The notes under the pieces were generated by a model. It did not search any database and was not told the origin of the DNA. It saw only the letters and a program-made list of their open reading frames with translations. DNA of 64,000 nucleotides, from positions 1 to 64,000 of IMG/VR virus record IMGVR_UViG_3300035660_000002; one strand, given 5' to 3'. The DNA comes from a virus. Positions 55,669-64,000 of the stretch are shown one piece after another (the stretch's first letter is position 1; every line of letters starts with the position of its first letter). The position numbers and the translations under genes are program-made.

Positions 55669-56353
55669 CTTTTAGTTTCTCCATCCAAATATCACGATTG
55701 TGGTTCGTCGTCACGTGGCATGTATGACACAAAGAAATCAAATTATTAGATCTTAAATTCTTCTTATCGTAGTCAATATGATGAACATCCAGTTTCCTAA
55801 AGCAGTCCTCTTCGTGCTTACCACACACCTGGCACTTTCTCCCGTCTCGATCCCGGATCTTTTCTTTGAATGCCTTTGTCCATCCAACGGCGTAAGGCTT
55901 GCTTGATATACCACCCCGCCAAAGAGGACTCTTATTCCCAACAAATCTTTTGCTCATATCTAATGAGTAACATTTTTTGTTGCAGTATCGCTGATCTCTA
56001 CAATACGTCTTAAAAGTCTTACCACATCCCGCACAAGAAATAACAGCAGGAGGATTCATCTTAGCTCGACATTTCCATCCACAGTATTTAACTATCCTAA
56101 GTCTTCCTCCAAATTTACCATTTTGCTCTTTTACCGACCTAAACTTTTTTCCGCATACCAAGCATTTTTTTATTGGGGCTCTCCTCGTATGTGGATAGTG
56201 CTTTCCTTTCTTCGTAGACCCGGCAGCACTAATATATTTGTACCGACACGCCTTACTGCATGTTTTCTGTGTAATTGCTCTGCATGCCGCCTGTGCATAA
56301 AACTCTTTGCCGCAAACTCTGCATACCAAACGAGGCCTAACGATCTTTCTCAT
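55661..56353 (-). CDS. HNH homing endonuclease (CxxC repeats)
   Basis: IRDRDGRKCQVCG..LDVHHIDYDKKN..NLISLCHTCH..NRDIW. Confidence 0.9.
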   Translation of the reverse strand: MRKIVRPRLVCRVCGKEFYAQAACRAITQKTCSKACRYKYISAAGSTKKGKHYPHTRRAPIKKCLVCGKKFRSVKEQNGKFGGRLRIVKYCGWKCRAKMNPPAVISCAGCGKTFKTYCRDQRYCNKKCYSLDMSKRFVGNKSPLWRGGISSKPYAVGWTKAFKEKIRDRDGRKCQVCGKHEEDCFRKLDVHHIDYDKKNLRSNNLISLCHTCHVTTNHNRDIWMEKLKVE

Positions 56354-56358
56354 TTTAT

Positions 56359-57711
56359 TTATTCCACTTTCAGTTTGTTTGTATCGTAAGACTGCCCATT
56401 ACATATTATTGACAACATCGGATACATAGTATACATTCTTCTTAGAACAACGTCCACATATTTCTTTTCACAATCCATTGCGTAGCATACCCTACTATTT
56501 TCCTGCGCGGCAATCATAGTGCTGCCTCCACCACAGAAAGGATCCAACACTATCGATCCTCTATGCGAACTCGCCATAATTGCCTTCGCGCATAAATTTA
56601 TGGGCTTCTGATTCGGATGCCACGGTGTCTTGCTTGGTTTCTTCTCCCTCCACACATCTGTCTCGCCGCGCTTGCTCACAATCTTTCCGGTGACCATGCC
56701 ATCCAGCTCGATGTGGTAGTCCCCCACCCGTATTATAGTTTTCTTGCCGTCAAAGACCGGGTGTATCGCCTCGATCCCTTCCCATACGTTCCCCTCATCG
56801 CGCCATCCTGAGAAGTAGTGGCTCTTATTCTTGCCGTTCCATCCATACATGATGGGCTCGTACTGGTTCTGCCAGTCACACCTTGAGAGAGTGAATGTGT
56901 TCTTTACCCATATGATATTCGCCTGCCAGTGCCCGCCACACTCCACAAATGCCTTCTTGAGCTGCCCTATTTCCTTCGAGCTCATGCATATGTAGAAGCA
57001 CCCCTCACAGACCTCCATCATCGGCGCGATCACGCCCTTCAAGAATGCGAAGAACTGTTCCTCTGTCATGTCGTCGTTCACGATCTTATCCCTAAGATGT
57101 TTACCCCCCTCACTCGACATCCCACCCTCATAATTTATGTTATAAGGCGGATCCATAAATATCATGTCGATCTTCTTTCCGTCAATGAGCTTTGCGTAGT
57201 CCTCCCTCTTAGATGCATCCCCGCATAGTATCCTATGCTCGCCTATCTGAAATAGATCCCCCATCTTAATATCCACGTTCTCGCGGACATCGACCGGCAC
57301 TCTATACTCGTCCTTGTCGCCCGGGTTCATGATCTTGTCCAGCTCTGCGTCTGTAAATCCCACATCCGCAAGCAACTCCTCCGTAAATATCGCCATCTTT
57401 TCCCAGTCCCATTCCGCAAACTCCTGCGTCTTGTTGTCAGCCAGGATGAAACGCATCTTCTGCTTATCCGACATTCCTTTCATCCGGATAACCGTCGGTA
57501 TCGTTGTCCTTCCGAGAGATATCATCGCCTTGTATCGAGTGTTACCCGCCAGTACCTCATTGTTCTCGTCTACGATGATCGGAGTTATAAATTCAGAATC
57601 CTTAATACTTTTGATGACCTCTACGACCGCCTCTTCGTTCTTCCGAGGATTGTTAGGATTAAGTTTTATGTCCTTGATCGGAATATCCGTAAGCACTTCA
57701 CGCGTTATCAT
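56359..57711 (-). CDS. ParB-N domain DNA methyltransferase (N6, beta class), paralogue of 52765-54093
   Basis: ILAGNTRYKA; IFMDPPYN; HPNQKP; VLDPFCGGGST; start revised to ATG 57711. Confidence 0.92.
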   Translation of the reverse strand: MITREVLTDIPIKDIKLNPNNPRKNEEAVVEVIKSIKDSEFITPIIVDENNEVLAGNTRYKAMISLGRTTIPTVIRMKGMSDKQKMRFILADNKTQEFAEWDWEKMAIFTEELLADVGFTDAELDKIMNPGDKDEYRVPVDVRENVDIKMGDLFQIGEHRILCGDASKREDYAKLIDGKKIDMIFMDPPYNINYEGGMSSEGGKHLRDKIVNDDMTEEQFFAFLKGVIAPMMEVCEGCFYICMSSKEIGQLKKAFVECGGHWQANIIWVKNTFTLSRCDWQNQYEPIMYGWNGKNKSHYFSGWRDEGNVWEGIEAIHPVFDGKKTIIRVGDYHIELDGMVTGKIVSKRGETDVWREKKPSKTPWHPNQKPINLCAKAIMASSHRGSIVLDPFCGGGSTMIAAQENSRVCYAMDCEKKYVDVVLRRMYTMYPMLSIICNGQSYDTNKLKVE

Positions 57712-57943
57712 ACGTTCCCCCTCTTTCAATAAATTTTATAGTCTCATCCGCGTCAAACCAACTTCCGAGCATTACCCGACCGGATATCCTGATAATCCAC
57801 CTTCTGAAAAATCCCATGCGCTTTCCTATGCTTTGCACGCTGCTTTTTTTATCAGTATTGCTTTTGTGCGTCTGCCATCCATCCAAATATCCAAGCATAT
57901 AAAAAAGAAGCGCAAGGAACCCTAAAAATATCAGTCTACTCAT
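57698..57943 (-). CDS. Small membrane protein
   Basis: N-terminal TM helix. Confidence 0.5.
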   Translation of the reverse strand: MSRLIFLGFLALLFYMLGYLDGWQTHKSNTDKKSSVQSIGKRMGFFRRWIIRISGRVMLGSWFDADETIKFIERGGTYDNA

Positions 57944-58178
57944 CTTTGTGCTTTATCCTGTGATGCCGTCTGCCCACTTCCTTCTCACGGCGGATCACAC
58001 TAATCTTATGCTTTTTGCATTCGACCTCGACTATCGAATACCTATTGTTCGGGTACCTACGCCGAAGATCCCCTAAGATCTTTTGCATCCTTTTGTTCTT
58101 CCTGCGCTTAGTATCCGAAACCTTACTCTCGTTCACTTCTCTCATTACACACTCCTTTTTAAGTTTCCTTGTCCGCAA
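57936..58178 (-). CDS. Basic hypothetical protein
   Basis: 80 aa ORF. Confidence 0.45.
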   Translation of the reverse strand: MRTRKLKKECVMREVNESKVSDTKRRKNKRMQKILGDLRRRYPNNRYSIVEVECKKHKISVIRREKEVGRRHHRIKHKDE

Positions 58179-58575
58179 GATAAGTAAGTTGCCTCGGGAT
58201 CCATGTTATATGAACTATGCTGTAATCATTTAATTTAAGCGCCCGGCATATCGCAGTATACTCCATGTAATATTTAAGCATGCGGCTATCCTTTATCCTC
58301 CACCTACCGGACGCCTGCTCTACTACAAGCATACTGTCCGTATAAACATAAATAGACCCTTTGTATCCTATGCTCTTGGCGTATCGCAACCCCTCGATGA
58401 CTGCAGTCCACTCCGCTTCGTTATTCGTGCCATGCCCTATATCCTTACTAATCTTATGTGTCGGCCTAAAACGCCGGACTGCTGCCGTGCCCGGCTCGCG
58501 CTGCCACACTACCACACCTATGGACGCCTTGCCTGGATTGCCCAAGCTCGATCCGTCGCACATAAGTATAAGCAT
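58159..58575 (-). CDS. rnhA: Ribonuclease HI
   Basis: CDGSSLGNPG, TNNEAEW.AV..GL, YTDSMLVVEQ, WIPRQL..ADK. Confidence 0.92.
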   Translation of the reverse strand: MLILMCDGSSLGNPGKASIGVVVWQREPGTAAVRRFRPTHKISKDIGHGTNNEAEWTAVIEGLRYAKSIGYKGSIYVYTDSMLVVEQASGRWRIKDSRMLKYYMEYTAICRALKLNDYSIVHITWIPRQLTYLADKET

Positions 58576-58579
58576 ACGT

Positions 58580-58843
58580 TCAGAATCCCCTGTCCATTAT
58601 GTCTTCCGCTTCCTTAACAATCAGCACTTCATTGACAGCTTTGTCCATCGCACGCTTAATGTATGCACTGTTGTGAACCCTTTCACACAAGTATGACGAC
58701 ATACCCATACCTAAGAACCATCCCGCTGTCACTGCAATCCATATCTCATCTTTGGCTATGGTAAGAGCAAACAGCACATGCATTGCCGAATATAGTATCG
58801 ATGCTGAGCAGTGCATCCTTGTTAACTTAAATTCTTTTGTCAT
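58580..58843 (-). CDS. Small two-helix membrane protein
   Basis: Two hydrophobic segments. Confidence 0.55.
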   Translation of the reverse strand: MTKEFKLTRMHCSASILYSAMHVLFALTIAKDEIWIAVTAGWFLGMGMSSYLCERVHNSAYIKRAMDKAVNEVLIVKEAEDIMDRGF

Positions 58844-59136
58844 GTGCCCTTCATCTTCTTCATCTCGCTCGCGATCACCGTCTCCATGTACTTCTGCACT
58901 TCGGTATCGAGCTTCTTGTCGCCGAGCAATATTCCTATCTTTTTAAGACGAGCAACTTGTTCCTCCACATGATCACTTCGTAGCCCCGTTATGTAGGCTA
59001 TCTCTGCAACATCGCTCGTATGCAGCCACGTGGCGCATATTCGTAAGACGTCTTCGTTATCTTTTACGAAGTATATATTAGTCAGCATACGTCTACACCC
59101 GAGGTTTTTGAATCTGAATCCGTTCTTTGGCCTCAA
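58840..59136 (-). CDS. Probable HTH DNA-binding protein
   Basis: VAEIAYITGLRSDHVEEQVARLKKIGIL winged-HTH-like; true start probably MLTNIY. Confidence 0.55.
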   Translation of the reverse strand: MRPKNGFRFKNLGCRRMLTNIYFVKDNEDVLRICATWLHTSDVAEIAYITGLRSDHVEEQVARLKKIGILLGDKKLDTEVQKYMETVIASEMKKMKGT

Positions 59137-59365
59137 CGAGCTTGACCGTTAAGGTAAATCCATCCACAAAGATCCTTGAACGGTTCTCTTTCTTCATGGC
59201 CTGGATGAGCTCTCTGCCGATCTCCTCCATCTTTTCCTTTGCCTCTTCGATGCCGTTCTTCTGCGTGATCAGCTTCCGAGCTGCCTTCATGGAGTTGGTC
59301 TCCTGCTCCTTTACCATGTCACCGCTTACCTTTTCTGCTTTCTTACGCGCTATCACCTTTGCCAT
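59093..59365 (-). CDS. Hypothetical protein
   Basis: 90 aa ORF with AAGGAGG RBS. Confidence 0.6.
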   Translation of the reverse strand: MAKVIARKKAEKVSGDMVKEQETNSMKAARKLITQKNGIEEAKEKMEEIGRELIQAMKKENRSRIFVDGFTLTVKLVEAKERIQIQKPRV

Positions 59366-59369
59366 TGCG

Positions 59370-59726
59370 TTACCCTCCTTTTTTTGTTTTACAGTTACAA
59401 TACCCTTCTGGCGGTTCTTCCATCATCTTTGATTTTCCAAAATACTTATATGGTTTTTTGCATTGTGGGCAGTGCATAGATTCCTTAGAAAAGCATTCCA
59501 CATCCGCACTCGTCAAACGAGCAACAGCTCCTTGTTCATGCTCTCCTCGTTTCTGCTCGTATACGAAACTCTGCAGATATCTGCACCCTCTCCGAATACA
59601 CTCTTGTGCCTTACTGTCCGATACTATCCTGTTCTTGAAGTCCTCGCTGTACCTACATTGGTACTTCAAACACCTATACCTTAGCATGTCACAGCCACCC
59701 ATTCGTCTGCGCAAATTGAAGATCAC
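59370..59726 (-). CDS. Cys-rich hypothetical protein
   Basis: Several CxxxC and CxxC motifs. Confidence 0.5.
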   Translation of the reverse strand: MIFNLRRRMGGCDMLRYRCLKYQCRYSEDFKNRIVSDSKAQECIRRGCRYLQSFVYEQKRGEHEQGAVARLTSADVECFSKESMHCPQCKKPYKYFGKSKMMEEPPEGYCNCKTKKGG

Positions 59727-60984
59727 ACATTGTCATGAGGTTCAGATCACAGAAAATCTCCGCCTCCATGCCTGCGTAGTAGTCCCTGTTCTTCAGTACC
59801 GCCACGCGCATCCTCTTCAATAATACCTCGTCCGGCGTCTGGTTCAAGCTCAATACCACATCCGAGCTCTGCACCTTGCCGTAGCTTTCGCCCACATCCA
59901 TCACTCCTACCAGCACTTTCTTGCTTGAGTCTCGATTTGACTGCGTGGCTGTGATTATGGGCACACCTCGCGTCAAAGGTATCTCACGCAAATCGTCCAC
60001 AATCAGACGCCAGTATGAAAAACCCTCCTTCTGCCTAATGCTCTTGGTCCTACTAGTCATAAGATCCAAATGATCTATCAGTATCACCTGCGGGATGAAT
60101 CCCCCTCGCATCTCCAGCTTCATCAGCTCCATCTTCAGATCTTCTGCACTGAAGCTGTTCGCCGGGAAGTACACGATCTTGCCACTGGCCCCTGGTATCC
60201 CGAAGAACCTATTGAGCCATGTCATCATCGTATCTTCGTTGCCATCTCTCAGAAAATCTTTGTCCTTGTACAGCACTCTCCTGTACAGACGCCTGAGGAT
60301 GTCCACCACTCCCATTTCAAGAGTCACATACAGCACGCTGATCCCCTGCACCATGAACCCATGCATTAGATTGACAAAGAATGCGCTCTTGCCACGCCCG
60401 CTTGGCGCTATGATGCACCACAGCTCTCTCATGCCAGGGCCGCCGTATGTCATCCGGTCCAGCCCCTTTATCATCGTGGGAATACGCTCTGTATCCCTGT
60501 ATTTGATGAGAGGAATGTTCTTCTGGACGTTCCCTGTGTCTACCTCGATCCTGCGCTCTCTGTTGCCCTCTTGGTTGCTGAATAGCAGCTTTTGCAGAGA
60601 CTCTGTTATCTCCTTAGACGACCTCGCATCGAATGTATCCGCTATGCGCACGATCTCATGCTTGATCCTCTGCTTGTTCGCTTGTTCTCGCAACTCTGTC
60701 AACAGCACCTTGTCGTCTATGTTCAATGCGCTATCTACTTTGTACGCCTCGTTTATGTAGCTCTTGTAGTCTGCTATGAACTTCTGCTCGCTATCCGGCA
60801 ACTCCCCGAGGAAAAGCAGCATCTCCTCCCGAGTCGGCATCCTCTCATACTTCTTGAAAAATTCATCCAAGAGCCCCAGCATATTACTTTCTATATTACT
60901 GAGGTCTACCTCTCGAAGCAAATCTCTTGAGTCTATGTAAAATCCCTTAGACCCAACGATTTTTGAAAATACTTTTGCTATCAT
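59689..60984 (-). CDS. dnaB: Replicative helicase, DnaB/T4 gp41-like
   Basis: IAPSGRGKS, YVTLEM, ILIDHLDLM, TATQSNR, ESYGKVQSSD, LKNRD. Confidence 0.9.
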   Translation of the reverse strand: MIAKVFSKIVGSKGFYIDSRDLLREVDLSNIESNMLGLLDEFFKKYERMPTREEMLLFLGELPDSEQKFIADYKSYINEAYKVDSALNIDDKVLLTELREQANKQRIKHEIVRIADTFDARSSKEITESLQKLLFSNQEGNRERRIEVDTGNVQKNIPLIKYRDTERIPTMIKGLDRMTYGGPGMRELWCIIAPSGRGKSAFFVNLMHGFMVQGISVLYVTLEMGVVDILRRLYRRVLYKDKDFLRDGNEDTMMTWLNRFFGIPGASGKIVYFPANSFSAEDLKMELMKLEMRGGFIPQVILIDHLDLMTSRTKSIRQKEGFSYWRLIVDDLREIPLTRGVPIITATQSNRDSSKKVLVGVMDVGESYGKVQSSDVVLSLNQTPDEVLLKRMRVAVLKNRDYYAGMEAEIFCDLNLMTMCDLQFAQTNGWL

Positions 60985-61625
60985 TTTTTCCTGAAATCTT
61001 TTTCGGGGAACTGAATAAACATACTCGATCCCTCGACCCTGGACAAAACGTATTCTCCGAACACCGTCTTTATCATTCTCCGAAGTGTGGCCTTATCATA
61101 GTTCGACGTGCATATCAAATGCTTGCAGTTCTCCCAGCGGTCCAATAGGACATCCCTAAATATTTGCCCTTCCATTTTCTCCGGGTTAATGACGCGCTCC
61201 CCACGTGATATGTCATCCAAAAATAAGTACTTCACGGGCAGGTACTGCGCCAGCCCCATCCGAGTTGAATGCGTCTCTGAGAATCCTGCTATGATCTCTG
61301 ACACCATCAAACTGAACGGCATGTACAACGAGTGCTGCGCCCCGATCACACCTCCGTCCGCAAGCACCTTTGATCGGAAGCATCCTACCATGTAGTGAGT
61401 CTTACCAGATCCCGGTGTGCCCAACAGAAACACAAACCTCTTTTCCAGCTTGTCCCCTATTATCTGATCGGCTATCTCGGTGAGCTGCTTATATAGTTCC
61501 GGCGTGTATCGGTTCTCGAACGTAGATAACAGACTTTGGTGGTGGTCGGGCTGGATGCCCACGATGAGTTTCAAGCCCTCTCTGTCCATTATATCCCTAT
61601 CACATTCTTCAGCAGCTTTACCCAA
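60981..61625 (-). CDS. DnaC/IstB-like AAA+ helicase loader
   Basis: LGTPGSGKTH, LFLDDI, RWENCKHLICTSN, VLSRV. Confidence 0.82.
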   Translation of the reverse strand: MGKAAEECDRDIMDREGLKLIVGIQPDHHQSLLSTFENRYTPELYKQLTEIADQIIGDKLEKRFVFLLGTPGSGKTHYMVGCFRSKVLADGGVIGAQHSLYMPFSLMVSEIIAGFSETHSTRMGLAQYLPVKYLFLDDISRGERVINPEKMEGQIFRDVLLDRWENCKHLICTSNYDKATLRRMIKTVFGEYVLSRVEGSSMFIQFPEKDFRKK

Positions 61626-61900
61626 GTCGTCCTATTGCCACACCTGTCAGGATGACCATGTATTGCCAAGAACTTATCCCGGAACGGATGCCGCCTTCCA
61701 TCCTTCGGAGGAAACCATATATCCCATACAGGTATGCGCACCGCCTCCGTGCCGCCACATATGCAACATTCACAGACCACCTTCCCTCCCATGAACATCG
61801 CTATCCAATCAGGCCGGGGGTACCAGTACACGATCCATGGGTACCCTGTCTCATACATCTCAAGCATTTGATGACACCTTAGGCACCTTTCTCCGTTCAA
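61589..61900 (-). CDS. Hypothetical protein
   Basis: 103 aa ORF with Cys motifs. Confidence 0.45.
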   Translation of the reverse strand: MNGERCLRCHQMLEMYETGYPWIVYWYPRPDWIAMFMGGKVVCECCICGGTEAVRIPVWDIWFPPKDGRRHPFRDKFLAIHGHPDRCGNRTTWVKLLKNVIGI

Positions 61901-62612
61901 TCTCTTCTCTCACAAACCTATGCCCCCAATTCCCCTTCAGGGACTCTGCCTGCAATTCCGTGTCACTCAGTGATGCCATCTCACCTATGTACAGCTCCCT
62001 GAAAGAGCTCTTATCGGAGAAAGCGCCTCCATGCCCATAAAAGTATGTATCCGCGTACCACTTGTTGATTTCGCCTCGCTGCGCAGCCCGGACATAATCC
62101 GACATCTTCATTCGGACCTGGCCCTGCTGCTCGTCCCCACGTGAATCCGATATCTGAAGAGGCAGGAACATAAAGAACTCCTGCCAGTCCTTGACCAATG
62201 GGTAGTCCTCTTTGTTCAGAACTTTCAAAAGCCTCACTGCGTCAAAATACCACGGGCATGGGTCAAAGGTAATGTAGGGCAGACTGACCTCTGGGTTCTC
62301 CCTCTTGTACCTCATGATGCCCCGATTCATGTTGTTATACGCGTCTATGGCGAACATGGCCTCGACCATCTGCTTGCCGTCCATGTCGTTAAAGCGCCCC
62401 ATCTGAATCTCTATGTACCCAAGCACTTCGCCCATGTCGCAACTAAGCTTTTTAGCCTTCTCCGCGTACACCCCGTACACGAGCACGGCCGCGCACGACA
62501 AAAAGTCATTCATCTCATCGTATGTGGCTCTCAGCCTTTCCTGCGCTGCCGGGGTCATCCTCTCGATACGGCTGTCGTACCTATGGTACAAGCACCCTTT
62601 AAGATTCAGCAT
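61860..62612 (-). CDS. Hypothetical protein
   Basis: 250 aa ORF upstream of loader and helicase. Confidence 0.65.
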   Translation of the reverse strand: MLNLKGCLYHRYDSRIERMTPAAQERLRATYDEMNDFLSCAAVLVYGVYAEKAKKLSCDMGEVLGYIEIQMGRFNDMDGKQMVEAMFAIDAYNNMNRGIMRYKRENPEVSLPYITFDPCPWYFDAVRLLKVLNKEDYPLVKDWQEFFMFLPLQISDSRGDEQQGQVRMKMSDYVRAAQRGEINKWYADTYFYGHGGAFSDKSSFRELYIGEMASLSDTELQAESLKGNWGHRFVREEIERRKVPKVSSNA

Positions 62613-62865
62613 CGACCTTTACCGTCTTTTCCCTTTTAGCTCTCCCCAGCAGCACCGCCTCCCCGAAGCACCCTATCAAAGACTCTATCATCTCCGGACT
62701 GCTCTTTATAAACTTGAACTCTTCGTCTTGATGAAGAGTCTTTAACGTAATACTACCGTTACTGCCTATACTGCAAAGTACTTTCACCAGTTTATGATTC
62801 ACACCCTTGGTATCCGCGATGATTTCATATGTCTGTGTGTCCTCTACCATTTTAGCTATCGCCAT
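62599..62865 (-). CDS. Hypothetical protein
   Basis: 88 aa ORF with GGAG RBS. Confidence 0.55.
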   Translation of the reverse strand: MAIAKMVEDTQTYEIIADTKGVNHKLVKVLCSIGSNGSITLKTLHQDEEFKFIKSSPEMIESLIGCFGEAVLLGRAKREKTVKVDAES

Positions 62866-62866
62866 A

Positions 62867-63283
62867 TCACTCCTCCATGCTCATGACTTTGAGCTTTATG
62901 CCGTTCTGTGCGATCTTTGTCCAGAACTCGTCCAGGGTCATGCCCGCAAGCTCGTTCCAGCTAAACTCTTTCCCGCCCTTGACCAGTATGTGCGCCTGCA
63001 GAGACTTGTAGAATATGTTCGCCTCTGCCATCGCCGTCACCACGTTGGCCGGGGCCTGAGACTCCTCCCCAGGTATCCTTTCTACAAGCTGCGCCGGGAA
63101 CTTGCCCTTGATCCTTTCATTGAAAAACGAACCGGCCGACTCCGCTTTGAGCAGTTCTTCGTAGATGCTTCTGGGCACTTCGAGGTATCTGTATACTTTG
63201 TCTGATACAAACTTGATAAACATCTCCTGCTTCTCTTCCTGATGTACCGCCTCTTTGATCACACTTGATACGATATGAGCCAT
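62867..63283 (-). CDS. KTSC-domain protein
   Basis: VSSVIK..MFIKFVSDKVYRYLEVPRSIYEELLKAESAGSFFNERIKG. Confidence 0.85.
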   Translation of the reverse strand: MAHIVSSVIKEAVHQEEKQEMFIKFVSDKVYRYLEVPRSIYEELLKAESAGSFFNERIKGKFPAQLVERIPGEESQAPANVVTAMAEANIFYKSLQAHILVKGGKEFSWNELAGMTLDEFWTKIAQNGIKLKVMSMEE

Positions 63284-63561
63284 GTGTGTTTATCCCTTCT
63301 ATCAATACAGATAACGATTCGGTCTATTCGTCCACTTTTTTCCAAGGCTTGATCCACAATATCATCAGTGCTGTTGCTATGATCAGCATGATTGTCTTGT
63401 GGATGTCTTTTATCTTCTGTACTATCCTCACAGGTATTTCCCTCCGTAAAAACTACCGAGACACTCATCCCCAGCCGAAGCACTATCTCTGTGAACTACT
63501 CCCTCTCTTTGTCTCTCTTCAGAGAGAGAAGTATCAGATACATTTACAGAGACTATGATAT

Positions 63562-63614
63562 TTACATTATCAATGTAAGTATTCATTATAAAGTATACAT
63601 GTTGCTATGCAACA
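63562..63614 (-). promoter_or_regulatory. Sigma70-like promoter with two palindromic operator-like sites
   Basis: TTGCAT (63612-63607)-N16-TATAAT (63590-63585); TGTTGC-3-GCAACA over the -35 box; TTACATT-3-AATGTAA downstream of +1. Confidence 0.55.
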
Positions 63615-63674
63615 GCGACACCGACTTCTTCATAGGTATTGACTTCCAATTGGAGTTGGTTATCTCATTAAACT

Positions 63675-64000
63675 TCATCGAACTTTCGAGGTATTAAAGT
63701 CTATCTGGACTCGCATATCCCCCAAGTTGTTGGGTTGATTGCCTGTAGCTTTCATTATAGTTTGAAAGTACATCGTCCAGTATCCTCTGTTGTAATTAAC
63801 CGATGTATTGCATCCCGAACATAGTGTTATGAGGTTACGCTCTCGGTCATTTCTCTTGTCATAGTCGATGTGATGCACCGTTGTACTTCTCAACGCTCCA
63901 CACCTTTGGCAGCGATAACCGTCTCTATTTCTGATCTTATCTCGTATGTTGCCTGGCTGCGTGCTCTTGAAATATCCTGTATGGTAGTATGGAGTCGGCA
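63675..64000 (-). CDS. HNH homing endonuclease, 5' end outside the window
   Basis: Frame open to the window edge: IRNRDGYRCQRCG..VHHIDYDKRN..NLITLCSGCN..NRGYW. Confidence 0.85.
   Translation of the reverse strand, partial: PTPYYHTGYFKSTQPGNIRDKIRNRDGYRCQRCGALRSTTVHHIDYDKRNDRERNLITLCSGCNTSVNYNRGYWTMYFQTIMKATGNQPNNLGDMRVQIDFNTSKVR

Noticed and set aside
63259-63483. 74-aa ORF from the track as a real gene
   Set aside because: No RBS or motif; an overlapping frame gives a more plausible 35-aa membrane peptide, and neither is well supported
108-63697. Numerous plus-strand ORFs up to about 290 aa
   Set aside because: They are antisense shadows of minus-strand genes (S/L/F-rich, no motifs, no RBS pattern); the minus strand is already densely tiled
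1-64000. CRISPR array or long tandem DNA repeats
   Set aside because: No regularly spaced direct repeats seen; repeats found are protein-level or isolated hairpins

Overview
Segment of a large, T4-like (Tevenvirinae-style gene set) tailed phage genome. Essentially all real genes lie on the minus strand; the plus-strand ORFs are antisense shadows. In transcription order (high to low coordinate) the window holds three blocks. (i) A replication/recombination block: DnaC-like loader, DnaB/gp41-like helicase, RNase H, two ParB-N DNA methylases, primase, UvsW-like helicase, beta-clamp-like protein, GroES, gp45 clamp, gp44/62 loader, UDG-PolA fusion, UvsY, gp32 SSB, RecA/UvsX, single-ORF Mre11-Rad50, MT-A70 methylase and RuvC-like resolvase. 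(ii) Host-like genes: a cold-shock protein and an acyl carrier protein whose essential Ser is Glu. (iii) A packaging/head block: second GroES-like protein, intein-containing terminase, sigma factor, intein-containing portal, several modular core proteins, protease-scaffold fusion, major capsid protein, neck-like protein, an intein/HEG-interrupted SWIM-HD polyprotein and a Chlamydia-MOMP-like outer-membrane barrel. The barrel suggests a diderm, possibly PVC-superphylum, host (inference). The window carries 9 free-standing homing endonuclease genes (2 visibly decayed) and 3 inteins. Most notable observations: intron-less homing endonucleases that split or repair the genes they invade by supplying new stops, starts or recoded gene ends; a family of CAC(U)(U/A)-pentaloop hairpins confined to head-gene leaders; head polyproteins built of small domains separated by putative prohead-protease sites; two tandem tRNA-shaped RNAs with non-canonical anticodon arms; and a phosphopantetheine-dead ACP mimic. 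All family assignments are from motif recognition by eye; no database searches were run.
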